Shown here: positions 1 through 8,419 of the stretch, piece by piece
Layout of the letters: each line of letters begins with the position of its first letter
How positions within the stretch are numbered: the first letter of the stretch is position 1
Assembly (NCBI RefSeq): GCF_030013595.1
Contig: NZ_CP122768.1
From: Escherichia coli
GTDB lineage: Bacteria > Pseudomonadota > Gammaproteobacteria > Enterobacterales > Enterobacteriaceae
DNA length: 64,000 bases
Direction: 5' to 3' (one strand)
The notes under the pieces: model-generated
Seen by the model: the letters and a program-made list of their open reading frames with translations, nothing else
The model's database searches: none
What the model was told of the DNA's origin: nothing
Position numbers and translations under genes: made by a program

Positions 1-41
1 GAAGGGAGCCCGTCTTCAGGAATGGATGCCTGTCTTTTTCA

Positions 42-82
42 CTGTAAATATCCTGGCATTATTAATGTCAGGATATTTACAG
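42..82. repeat. Large palindrome/hairpin downstream of ykgG (14-bp perfect arms, 13-nt AT-rich spacer)
   Basis: CTGTAAATATCCTG (42-55) and CAGGATATTTACAG (69-82) are exact reverse complements. The spacer GCATTATTAATGT is itself nearly palindromic. Confidence 0.7.
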
Positions 83-186
83 AAGAGCAGCATAACCATG
101 ACGGAACGGGGTTAAGTCAGGTTGTCCTTAGCGCTATTCGCAACCTCGTGCCGCCTTCAGGTTTATGTCCAGACTTCATATCTCTC

Positions 187-882
187 TCAGCAATCCTCAA
201 TAATCAGATACACCGCTTTCACCGGACCATGAACCCCGACGACTTTGATAAGCTCAATATCCGCCGTTGAACTAGGGCCGCTAATGATGTTAATGCAGGA
301 CGGCATTCGTTCACCGGCCTGCGCTTTCTGATGCAATTTTTCTGCGAGTTGCGCTACACGCGGCAGGATTGTGCTTTTACGCAGGATAAAAAGAGAAGAT
401 TCCGGGAGCAGGCTCAATGAACGCCCGCGCTCGGCGGCGGAAAAAAGAACCACGCCTCCCGATTCGGTTAAACCATATTCAGCATACACGACACCCACTT
501 TAGCCTGCTCTGCCTGCGAGATATTCTCGGCACCTTTCGCCAGATCCCAAACAACGGCATTGCATTCCTGCTGCAAACGTTCGCTAATCCCCAATTCCTC
601 CAGCCTCGTGTCACCGCTAATCACGACCGACTGATCTCCCAGCTCTTTACACAGACGTATTGCAGCTTCTGCCGCCTTCGCCTCGCTGGTCAGCTCACAG
701 CGCGTCAACATAACATCGCTGGCAAACTGAATAAACGCGTCACAGCGCTGCTGTTGGTTAAGTGCGGTAAGCCGCTCGTTAGCATAGTTGTTAAGCGGCG
801 CATCTTCTGCTTGCGGTTCAAGTCGCAACGGGCGACCCAGTGCCTGAGCAACGTTATTCAAAAATTCGCTCCGATTATCCAT
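187..882 (-). CDS. ykgG: LutC/YkgG family protein (LUD domain, lactate-utilisation-like)
   Basis: 231-aa product from the ATG at 880-882 (MDNRSEFLNNVAQALGRPL...), which matches my recollection of E. coli YkgG. The 280-aa ORF-track version starts inside ykgF. There is an 8-nt overlap with the ykgF stop. Confidence 0.85.
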   Translation of the reverse strand: MDNRSEFLNNVAQALGRPLRLEPQAEDAPLNNYANERLTALNQQQRCDAFIQFASDVMLTRCELTSEAKAAEAAIRLCKELGDQSVVISGDTRLEELGISERLQQECNAVVWDLAKGAENISQAEQAKVGVVYAEYGLTESGGVVLFSAAERGRSLSLLPESSLFILRKSTILPRVAQLAEKLHQKAQAGERMPSCINIISGPSSTADIELIKVVGVHGPVKAVYLIIEDC

Positions 883-2302
883 TCTTTTTCTCCTGCGCCT
901 GATGTTTCTTAAACCAACTACGGAAACTCTCTCCGTCAGCTTCAGGAAGATCGCGTGCTTCCATCCAGTCGCTAATCGCGCCAAATTTGAGTGGTGTTTT
1001 GCCGCCATTGATAAACCAGCTTGCCGCATGAGCGCCGGCCATCATCCCGACTTTCCACAATCCTGGATGACTATTGGCATAAGCGAACATTTTTATCGCC
1101 CGTTGCTCTGCTTTTGCGGTGATCCCTTTTTCAGCCATCACCCGACGATGACGCAAAATCAGTTTTGACAGCGGAATACGCACCGGACACACGTTGTCAC
1201 AAGCAGTGCATAAAGAGCAGGCGTAGGGTAAATCTTTAAAATCTTTATAGCCGCCAAGTAGCGGAGAAATCACCGCACCAATTGGCCCTGGATAAATAGA
1301 GCCATATCCATGACCGCCAATATGGCGATATGCCGGACAAGTATTCATACAAGCCCCGCAGCGAATACAGCGCAGCACATCCCGAAATTCAGAGGCCAGC
1401 ACCTCAGAACGCCCGTTATCGACAATAACCAGATGAAACTCTTCAGGACCATCAACGTGCCCAGCTTCGCGCGGTCCTGTCAGCCAGGTGTTGTATCCCG
1501 TCAAACGTGCACCAACGGCACTGCGCGCCAGCATGGTGATCAATACATCTACCTCGGCAAACGTGGGAGCAATACGCTCCATTCCCATCACTGCAATATG
1601 CGTTTTAGGCAGCGTGGTACACATTCGCGCATTACCTTCATTGGTCACCAGGCATACCGAACCGGTCTCTGCCACCGCGAAATTACAGCCGGTAATACCT
1701 ATTTCAGCACTGAGGAAATCTTCGCGGATTTTTTGCCGAATGAATAAGGTCATTGCTTCAGGCGTTTCCGGCCCCTCATAGCCCAGACGTTCATGTAGCA
1801 CTCGACGGATCTGATGGCGATCTTTATGAATTGCCGGGACCACAACATGAGAGGGCGGATCTTGATCCAGCTGGAGAATGTATTCACCCAGATCGGTTTC
1901 AATCACCTGAATCCCAGCATCCTGCAACACATGATTGACACCAATCTCTTCGGTCACCATCGATTTAGATTTCACCACCTTCCGGGCATTTTTGCGTTGG
2001 GCAACCTGTAAAATATAGCGGGTGGCGTCTTCTTTGGTTTTTGCAAAATAGACGTGACCGCCGTTTTGCGTCACTTTTTCTGAGAGCTGGTACAGATAAG
2101 CGTCGAGATTACTCAGAACATGATCACGTATCTGGGCGGCCCGATCGCGCCACTCCTCCCAGTGCCCCAATTCATCGACCATTTTTTGCCGATTTGCCCC
2201 AATACGCTGCTGCGCGTTTGCCACCGCTTTGCGCATGATCGGATCTTCAATTTGCTGACGGATGCGTGTCTTAAAATCTGTATTACTGGTTTTGATCGAC
2301 AT
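875..2302 (-). CDS. ykgF: LutB/YkgF iron-sulfur oxidoreductase subunit
   Basis: 475 aa with two ferredoxin-type 4Fe-4S motifs (CIRCGACMNTCP and CSLCTACDNVCP). Sits in the ykgE-F-G operon context. Confidence 0.9.
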   Translation of the reverse strand: MSIKTSNTDFKTRIRQQIEDPIMRKAVANAQQRIGANRQKMVDELGHWEEWRDRAAQIRDHVLSNLDAYLYQLSEKVTQNGGHVYFAKTKEDATRYILQVAQRKNARKVVKSKSMVTEEIGVNHVLQDAGIQVIETDLGEYILQLDQDPPSHVVVPAIHKDRHQIRRVLHERLGYEGPETPEAMTLFIRQKIREDFLSAEIGITGCNFAVAETGSVCLVTNEGNARMCTTLPKTHIAVMGMERIAPTFAEVDVLITMLARSAVGARLTGYNTWLTGPREAGHVDGPEEFHLVIVDNGRSEVLASEFRDVLRCIRCGACMNTCPAYRHIGGHGYGSIYPGPIGAVISPLLGGYKDFKDLPYACSLCTACDNVCPVRIPLSKLILRHRRVMAEKGITAKAEQRAIKMFAYANSHPGLWKVGMMAGAHAASWFINGGKTPLKFGAISDWMEARDLPEADGESFRSWFKKHQAQEKKNG

Positions 2303-2312
2303 CTTTATATCC

Positions 2313-3032
2313 TCAGCGGCTCATCAACACTTCAGCAATATGCATCACTTTGACTTTCTGCCCTTCCCGTTGTAATCGCCCACTGATGTTCAGCAGGCAA
2401 CTCACGTCAGCACCAATTAAATACTCAGGGCGGACTTCCATCAGGTGCGCAACCTTTTCTTTCACCATCTCGCCGGATATTTCGGCCATTTTGACCGAGA
2501 ACGTGCCGCCAAATCCGCAGCAGGTATCCTGTTCAGCAAAGGTCAACAGCTCCAGTCCACGCACATTTTTCAGTAACGTAAGTGGCTCGTCCTTCACCCC
2601 CAGCTTACGGGCCAGGCTACAAGATGGGTGATACACCGCTCTCCCTTGCAAACTGGCACCTACATCGACTACCCCTAATGTATTAACAATAAAAGAGGTG
2701 AGATCCTGCATACGCGCGGCAACCTTTTCGGCACGTGATACCCATTCAGGTTCATCCGCCAGATACGTCGGGTAACTTTTTACGGCATAGGTGCAAGAGC
2801 CAGCCGGTGAAATAATGGGATCGTCGTTATCCTCCAGTGCGGCGATCAGATTTTTCATCCCTGGAATCGCTTCTTTGATATAACCACTATTGATCGCAGG
2901 CTGACCGCAGCATCCCTGTTTCTCCGGGAAATTTACGCGACAGCCGAGTTTTTCCAGTAGCAGCACGGAGTCTCGTGCCATTCTTGATTTCAGGGCGTCA
3001 CCAATACAGGTGACAAAGAAATTGACATTCAC
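2313..3032 (-). CDS. ykgE: LutA/YkgE Cys-rich (CCG-domain) oxidoreductase subunit
   Basis: 239 aa with CCG motifs (GCCGQPA, DTCCGFGG). First gene of the ykgEFG operon. Confidence 0.9.
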   Translation of the reverse strand: MNVNFFVTCIGDALKSRMARDSVLLLEKLGCRVNFPEKQGCCGQPAINSGYIKEAIPGMKNLIAALEDNDDPIISPAGSCTYAVKSYPTYLADEPEWVSRAEKVAARMQDLTSFIVNTLGVVDVGASLQGRAVYHPSCSLARKLGVKDEPLTLLKNVRGLELLTFAEQDTCCGFGGTFSVKMAEISGEMVKEKVAHLMEVRPEYLIGADVSCLLNISGRLQREGQKVKVMHIAEVLMSR

Positions 3033-3560
3033 AACTAATACTCCATTACTTCATGCCCATTTATGCCCGATGGTTCCCCCCTTCCGGGGGATCAATCATC
3101 AATAAATATGGCGTTCTTTTTTAATTGGCTAGCAACATACCACCCCTCATTTGTATGACAAATGATAATCTTTCATCCAAACTTCAAATGCAATAACTAA
3201 TTTTATTTCTTTCGGCATCGCTCACATTTTATAGGGAAATCGACGATCATTTTTGGCATAAGAAATCCATTTAAAAAGGCTACATCCCTTATACCTATTC
3301 AGTGCTACTTATTCAGGGGTTATTGAGATATACACTGATGGTGTACAAACAAAATCACCAACAATAATTACGTATCAAGTAATAATCGGCATTTTATTTA
3401 ATTGAAGCAATTTAGTTTGCATTTTTATTTAAAAACTGAGCTAGAGTCCATCAGAAAAAAAATATATAAAGCCCAAACCACCGTTGGAAATAGAAATAGT
3501 TGAAAGGCTCACAACTCCCGGAATGCGGATTATCTTTGCCCTGATTTCTGGCGGTTTTAT

Positions 3561-4415
3561 TCAGGGTGCAAGCTGTCTGACCCTTTCCCGATATTCTCCC
3601 GGAGTACAACCAAACTCGCGGACAAACGCCTTGTGAAAAGATGATTCACTGGCATAGCCTACTGACTCAGCGATCACCACAACAGGGAGCGTTTCCCGGG
3701 AAAACATCTGGGCCGCTATTTGTAGACGCAACTTTGTTAATACAGCTAGCGGCGTGGTTCCGGAAACATCACGGAAAAGCTGGGCAAAACTTGCCCGGGA
3801 CATGTGGGCGATGCTGGCCAGCGATTCGACGGTCCAGGCATGTCCTGGCATTTCCAGCATTTGCTGTATTACCGCACCAAGACGTGGATGCAGAAGCAAA
3901 CTGAGAATGTTTTTCTCTGTATTAACCTGTGCAATCCACTCACGCACCGCGAGGGTAAAGAATGTAGCGCAGATCTGGCTACACAGAGCATCCACTCCCG
4001 GCATTGCCGATCTGGATTCCTGTTGTAAAAACGGGATCGCCTCCCTCAGCCAGTTATATTCCACGCTATGGTTCACTGGTGCTACAAACAGCGTTTCCGG
4101 CAAAGACGTTAAAAAATAACGCGCCGAATGTTGCAGCCGAAGAGTGCCACAGACAATACAGGTCGATTCATTATCGACATGACTCAGGCGATGAGCTGAA
4201 TTTTGTGGTAGCAGGACCACATTTCCCGGGCGTAATGTAAAAATCTCTCCCGTCGGCATTTCCAGCTTCGCCGCTCCTTGCGTTAACGCATGCCAACGAA
4301 TAACCGACAATTCCCCGGCACCATGTGGAAGTTGCCAGTCACTTCCTAACACGCAATTCTTATCGATCGTTCCTTGTGGAGCGTTAAGCATCAACAAACG
4401 GCTAAGAGCATCCAT
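3561..4415 (-). CDS. rclR: AraC-family reactive-chlorine-responsive activator RclR (YkgD)
   Basis: 284 aa with a C-terminal AraC-type double HTH (..SRASFAQLFRDVSGTTPLAVLTKLRLQIAAQMF..GYASESSFHKAFVREFGCTPGEYR). Divergent from rclA. Confidence 0.9.
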   Translation of the reverse strand: MDALSRLLMLNAPQGTIDKNCVLGSDWQLPHGAGELSVIRWHALTQGAAKLEMPTGEIFTLRPGNVVLLPQNSAHRLSHVDNESTCIVCGTLRLQHSARYFLTSLPETLFVAPVNHSVEYNWLREAIPFLQQESRSAMPGVDALCSQICATFFTLAVREWIAQVNTEKNILSLLLHPRLGAVIQQMLEMPGHAWTVESLASIAHMSRASFAQLFRDVSGTTPLAVLTKLRLQIAAQMFSRETLPVVVIAESVGYASESSFHKAFVREFGCTPGEYRERVRQLAP

Positions 4416-4641
4416 ATCAGACTCCTGAGTAGTTTTTTAATTACAAACACCAACAATCTTAGTCAATAATTAATCTAATACCATCAAATAGTTAATCATG
4501 ATTTTTGTTTTGTGATTCTGATTAAGAAAAAGAAAATACCAGACGATAAGACAAAATATCAAGCGTTGTGAAGAAATGTTATGTGCTCTTTTGCGTCTAT
4601 AGTCATGATGTCAAATGAACGCGTTTCGACAGGAAATCATC

Positions 4642-5862
4642 ATGAATAAATATCAGGCAGTGATTATTGGTTTTGGCAAGGCTGGAAAAACATTAGCCGT
4701 CACGCTGGCAAAAGCAGGTTGGCGTGTGGCTCTCATCGAACAATCAAATGCAATGTATGGCGGGACCTGTATTAATATCGGCTGTATCCCAACCAAAACA
4801 TTGGTTCATGACGCACAGCAGCACACAGATTTTGTCCGTGCCATACAGCGTAAAAATGAAGTGGTTAATTTTTTACGTAATAAGAATTTTCATAATCTTG
4901 CGGATATGCCCAATATCGACGTGATCGACGGCCAGGCGGAGTTTATCAATAATCATAGCCTGCGTGTTCATCGGCCTGAGGGAAATCTGGAGATTCATGG
5001 CGAGAAAATTTTTATTAATACCGGTGCACAAACCGTGGTTCCGCCAATTCCTGGAATTACCACCACGCCTGGTGTATATGACAGCACCGGATTACTTAAT
5101 CTAAAAGAATTGCCTGGGCATTTAGGTATTTTGGGCGGCGGATATATTGGCGTTGAGTTCGCCTCTATGTTCGCTAATTTTGGCAGCAAGGTAACCATTT
5201 TAGAAGCAGCTTCGCTGTTTTTGCCTCGGGAAGATCGGGATATTGCTGATAATATCGCGACGATTTTACGCGATCAGGGCGTCGATATTATCCTCAATGC
5301 CCATGTGGAGCGAATCAGTCACCATGAAAATCAAGTGCAAGTGCATAGCGAGCACGCCCAACTGGCGGTGGATGCACTGTTAATAGCTTCCGGTCGTCAA
5401 CCAGCTACCGCTTCGTTACATCCAGAAAATGCCGGTATCGCAGTAAACGAGCGCGGGGCAATTGTCGTTGACAAGCGATTACATACCACCGCAGACAATA
5501 TTTGGGCGATGGGAGATGTTACCGGCGGGCTGCAATTTACTTACATATCACTAGATGATTACCGCATTGTACGTGATGAGTTACTGGGTGAAGGCAAACG
5601 TAGTACTGATGATCGGAAAAATGTGCCTTATTCCGTATTTATGACACCGCCCCTGTCCAGGGTTGGTATGACAGAAGAACAAGCCAGAGAGAGTGGTGCT
5701 GATATTCAGGTGGTGACATTGCCTGTAGCTGCAATTCCGCGCGCCAGAGTGATGAACGATACCCGTGGGGTATTAAAAGCGATTGTTGATAATAAAACCC
5801 AACGTATATTAGGGGCATCACTGCTGTGTGTTGACACGAGAGTATTCAAAACACGCCAATAA
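4642..5862 (+). pseudogene. rclA: rclA (ykgC) 5' portion, truncated by island insertion; 398 native codons plus 8 foreign codons (TRVFKTRQ*)
   Basis: MNKYQAVIIGFGKAGK (FAD-binding GxGxxG) and the GGTCINIGCIPTK redox-disulfide motif. The native sequence ends at ..GASLLCVD (5834). The remaining 42 codons are found at 16583-16711. Confidence 0.9.
5835..5841. repeat. Left junction direct repeat (attL core candidate) CACGAGA
   Basis: The identical 7-mer recurs at 16583-16589, exactly where the rclA reading frame resumes. A TATTCAA motif lies adjacent (5843-5849). Confidence 0.6.
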
Positions 5863-5903
5863 CCTCTTGATTCAATTGAAGTCGAAAATTTTAAGTCAAA
5901 AAT

Positions 5904-5929
5904 CGTATAGCTTAACGTGTAGCTAAAAA
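5904..5929 (+). repeat. Island-internal arm repeat, left copy (CGTATAGCTTAACGTGTAGCTAAAAA)
   Basis: Near-identical (1 mismatch) direct repeat of 16432-16457. Contains a palindromic TAGCTA hexamer (5920-5925). Confidence 0.7.
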
Positions 5930-5987
5930 TGTTTGCTGCAAAAGTATACAATTTTAACCGTTATGACTCCCTGTTATCCGTTATCAA

Positions 5988-6156
5988 GCTGGTGGATGAT
6001 CATGGATAACCCGTTATGGGAATCCCCATATCGGCATCAGGCCCATGCCATAACAAAAACCCCATATTCGTGGGTTTTCTGTGTTGTGGCTATTCTGCCG
6101 TTGCCGTGCTGGTGGATATTTCCGGTATGTGGCTCACCATATCGGCATCACGCCCA
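5988..6156 (+). repeat. Imperfect ~120-bp tandem duplication upstream of the cos-like site
   Basis: GCTGGTGGAT occurs at 5988-5997 and 6108-6117. CCATATCGGCATCA(G/C)GCCCA occurs at 6026-6045 and 6137-6156 (19/20 identical). Confidence 0.65.
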
Positions 6157-6201
6157 CCAGCGCGACGCATTTTTTTAATTTCGCGGGTGTAAAAATTTGA
6201 C

Positions 6202-6216
6202 GGGGCGGGCGGTCCT
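6202..6216 (+). other. Candidate lambdoid cosN-like site (GGGGCGGGCGGTCCT)
   Basis: TTGACG|GGGGCGGGCGGTCCT resembles the lambda cohesive-end region TTACG|GGGCGGCGACCT (recalled). It is flanked by the repeat A(T)TTTCCG(G)TATGTGGCT at 6118-6134 and 6262-6278, and by a GGGAT-UUCG-ATCCC hairpin at 6234-6247. Confidence 0.45.
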
Positions 6217-6479
6217 ATAAGCAATGGGGGGTAGGGATTTCGATCCCCCCTCCTGAATGCAATTTTCCGTATGTGGCTGTGCGGCAATCATACTCGTCAC
6301 ATGTTTTTGACAATAAAAGGCCCGACCGTGAGACTCACAAACAAAAAAGTTACGGAGAAACAGGGGATCGGGCTCGGTTGCCGCTAAATCTATTCAATTA
6401 AAAGAAGATGTCAATAGGGAAAACGAAAAAAAACAATGCTGATATTGTCATAATTTGAACAAAACCACTATATGTAGTT

Positions 6480-6710
6480 TTAGTTCATGAGGTTAGTCGC
6501 TACCAGATGCGTCAATAGTTTTTTGCTATTAATAATCCCTCTTTTTCCATCGGGAGCTTTGCACTTGTCACTACCTGGTAACTCCTGGTGGCGTTCCTGT
6601 TGCAGCACAACGGAAACAGGCGCTGAACACCTGTTAATTTTGCTTGCAGGTTGTTTGATTTCGGCAATGCTGCGGATCATCTCCAGCATATCGGCTTCGG
6701 TGATGGTCAT
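6480..6710 (-). CDS. Hypothetical 76-aa protein (last gene of the satellite late block)
   Basis: ATG preceded by AAGGTG 7 nt upstream on the minus strand. No family recognised. Confidence 0.5.
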   Translation of the reverse strand: MTITEADMLEMIRSIAEIKQPASKINRCSAPVSVVLQQERHQELPGSDKCKAPDGKRGIINSKKLLTHLVATNLMN

Positions 6711-6717
6711 GATTTAC

Positions 6718-6994
6718 ACCTTAGGAAATCTTAGGGGCTGGTTGACACTTTCCGGCTTAAGACCTTAACAAATCTTAACATCGCAGGTTGACACACTTGA
6801 CACTTTTTCGCGAAAAACCTTATCAAACCTTAGCATTTCTAAGCATGGCAACTTGACACTTTTCGCGATTTTTTCGGCTTTTTGACGTGGTAAATCTGGC
6901 GCAAAGCCAGTAACGGCGGGGTTTACAGCGAGGTTGACACTTTTTCGCGTTCAGAGTGTAAAGTGTCAACCTGGCAAGCTGCTCAACTTGACAC
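6718..6994. repeat. Iteron array: TTGACAC repeats interleaved with paired ACCTTA/ATCTTA half-sites
   Basis: TTGACAC at 6742, 6788, 6797, 6853, 6934 and 6988. Variant TTGACGT at 6882. Inverted copy at 6963-6969. Three A(C/T)CTTA pairs with 10-bp spacing at 6718/6728, 6762/6772 and 6817/6827. Confidence 0.85.
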
Positions 6995-7003
6995 TTTTTG
7001 AGG

Positions 7004-7531
7004 TCATTGATGGCCTGATTTTTCCCACTCAGCCAGGGCGTTTAGTCCGGCTTCACTCCAGTTATCCAGCTCATCGGGACAATCACCTGCAACATAGCAG
7101 AGCTCACAACGCAGCATACGAATTGCCAGCCTGGCATTTTCCCGAAAATCATACTGCTCAAAGTAATATTGCCCAGCATAATCCTCAAGGCAGATAGCAC
7201 CATCATCAAGAAATTGCACTTCACAGCATAGTTCCCCGGCTGCATCCTGTACACGCTGCTGTATGTCATTGTCCGTTACTGGTGCAGGGATTTTACCGTC
7301 TCTGGCCTTAACTGCTTTCCAGAACTCGCCCCACGTCATTTCCAGCGTTCTCTCTGGCCACATTTCAGAAACGGTATCTTTTCCCTGTGCTGGTGGGCTG
7401 TTCCGCTGCTCTGTCGCTTCCACATCGATTTTTTTACCGGACATGACCACTTCGCCTTTCTCGATCCAGTCGTAAACTGTCTGGCGGCTTACGCCTTTGT
7501 GTTTGGCATATTCTGCCTTGCTCATAAACAT
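7004..7531 (-). CDS. Nu1/TerS-like N-terminal HTH protein (candidate small terminase or packaging-redirection factor)
   Basis: The N-terminus MSKAEYAKHKGVSRQTVYDWIEKGEVVMSGKKI parallels the lambda Nu1 winged-HTH (MEVNKKQLADIFGASIRTIQNWQEQGMPV, recalled). GAGGGGA RBS. The gene abuts the TTGACAC array. Confidence 0.5.
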   Translation of the reverse strand: MFMSKAEYAKHKGVSRQTVYDWIEKGEVVMSGKKIDVEATEQRNSPPAQGKDTVSEMWPERTLEMTWGEFWKAVKARDGKIPAPVTDNDIQQRVQDAAGELCCEVQFLDDGAICLEDYAGQYYFEQYDFRENARLAIRMLRCELCYVAGDCPDELDNWSEAGLNALAEWEKSGHQ

Positions 7532-7701
7532 GACACTTCCCCTCAGACTGTATTAATGCGCCGGAAAGCGCGTGTATTTAAATCATCCCAGGAACCGTTG
7601 AGCACCAATTAGTTGCGCGAAGTAATCGGCACCAGCGTTCCGAACAATTTCCAACTTAACGTTCTGATCATTGTTTCCTGCTGCAGGGACAATCCCACGA
7701 T

Positions 7702-8355
7702 TCATAGCCAGCGCCCGGATATTTCTTCCAGTTTTTCCAGAGCTGGCTTGCAGGCCGCATCAATAACTTCACGGACCATTCCGGCGAGCTGTTCTTCTTC
7801 TGTCGGCGTTGTTACTTCCACACCTGATGGTTTCCCGCCCTTATCCCATACGCCCAACGGTACGAGCGCAACGTGATCGATAAGAAATGGCGTACCCTCA
7901 ATGAAAAAATTGTCCTCGCCCATTACATCAGGAACTTCTGCCCCACCGGACGCACCACAAAACACAACCGACGGGCTGGTGGATACCTCCCCCCGTGCTT
8001 TCTGGATGTAATCGATGATTTCCTGCCCGTAAATCCGGCATACGCCCCACACCTCGTCACCGCGAATATACGGCAACATGACGGTGCCAATAATGCGCGA
8101 CCGTTCGCCCACGTCTTCAAGGGTTTTGCTTTCGGGATGGTCGATAATGACGGGTACTCCGGCGCAACGTTCCAGGAACTGCGGATTGAGATAAGTTTGC
8201 GGTGAACGCCAGACAAATTCTTTTTCTTCGGCGCGATAGGCCATTCCGGTTCCTGTGATACGCAGGTTAATCAGCCACATGTTGGAAAACTGATAAGGCG
8301 ACGGTAGCTGACCGTCCCGAATCTGCTTTGCCGCCTCAATTTCTGTTAAAAGCAT
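7702..8355 (-). CDS. Putative prohead protease/scaffold-like protein (GPO / DUF2213-like)
   Basis: 217 aa. Segment order VIIDHPE .. IGTVMLPYIRGDEVWGVCRI .. VSTSPSV .. LIDHVALVPLGVWD parallels P2 gpO (RINLEH .. KWALFAKI .. VYTSMEI .. YLVGLAVTDDPA, recalled). The similarity is weak. Confidence 0.35.
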   Translation of the reverse strand: MLLTEIEAAKQIRDGQLPSPYQFSNMWLINLRITGTGMAYRAEEKEFVWRSPQTYLNPQFLERCAGVPVIIDHPESKTLEDVGERSRIIGTVMLPYIRGDEVWGVCRIYGQEIIDYIQKARGEVSTSPSVVFCGASGGAEVPDVMGEDNFFIEGTPFLIDHVALVPLGVWDKGGKPSGVEVTTPTEEEQLAGMVREVIDAACKPALEKLEEISGRWL

Positions 8356-8419
8356 AATGTCCCCCGGTTATAAGCAATAAGCCCCACCAAATCCGGCAGG
8401 GCTGAAATCAGCACGTTTT

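Noticed and set aside
187-1029. Extended starts for ykgG (280 aa), ecpE (36595), the LysR gene (27602), tnpA (55385), flu (58756) and yeeP (59964)
   Set aside because: The extensions overlap upstream genes or add non-conserved residues. Internal Met codons reproduce the known N-termini or signal peptides.
5933-6178. 81-aa + strand ORF in the island terminus
   Set aside because: It is built from the tandem repeat units flanking the cos-like site (the internal duplication PYRHQAHA / PYRHHAHQ simply reflects the DNA repeat). It has no RBS, so the region is treated as a packaging or regulatory region.
6226-6250. tRNA-like T-arm (GGGAT TTCG ATCCC within G6...C6)
   Set aside because: The loop is a 4-nt UUCG tetraloop, not a 7-nt T-loop. 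No acceptor, D or anticodon arms can be drawn from the flanking sequence.
6718-6994. Iteron arrays (here and at 10327-10708) as a possible CRISPR array or stacked -35 promoters
   Set aside because: The repeats are only 7-10 bp, irregularly spaced, and partly inverted, and there are no cas genes. TTGACA matches the -35 consensus, but I found no convincing -10 hexamer 17 bp downstream of most copies.
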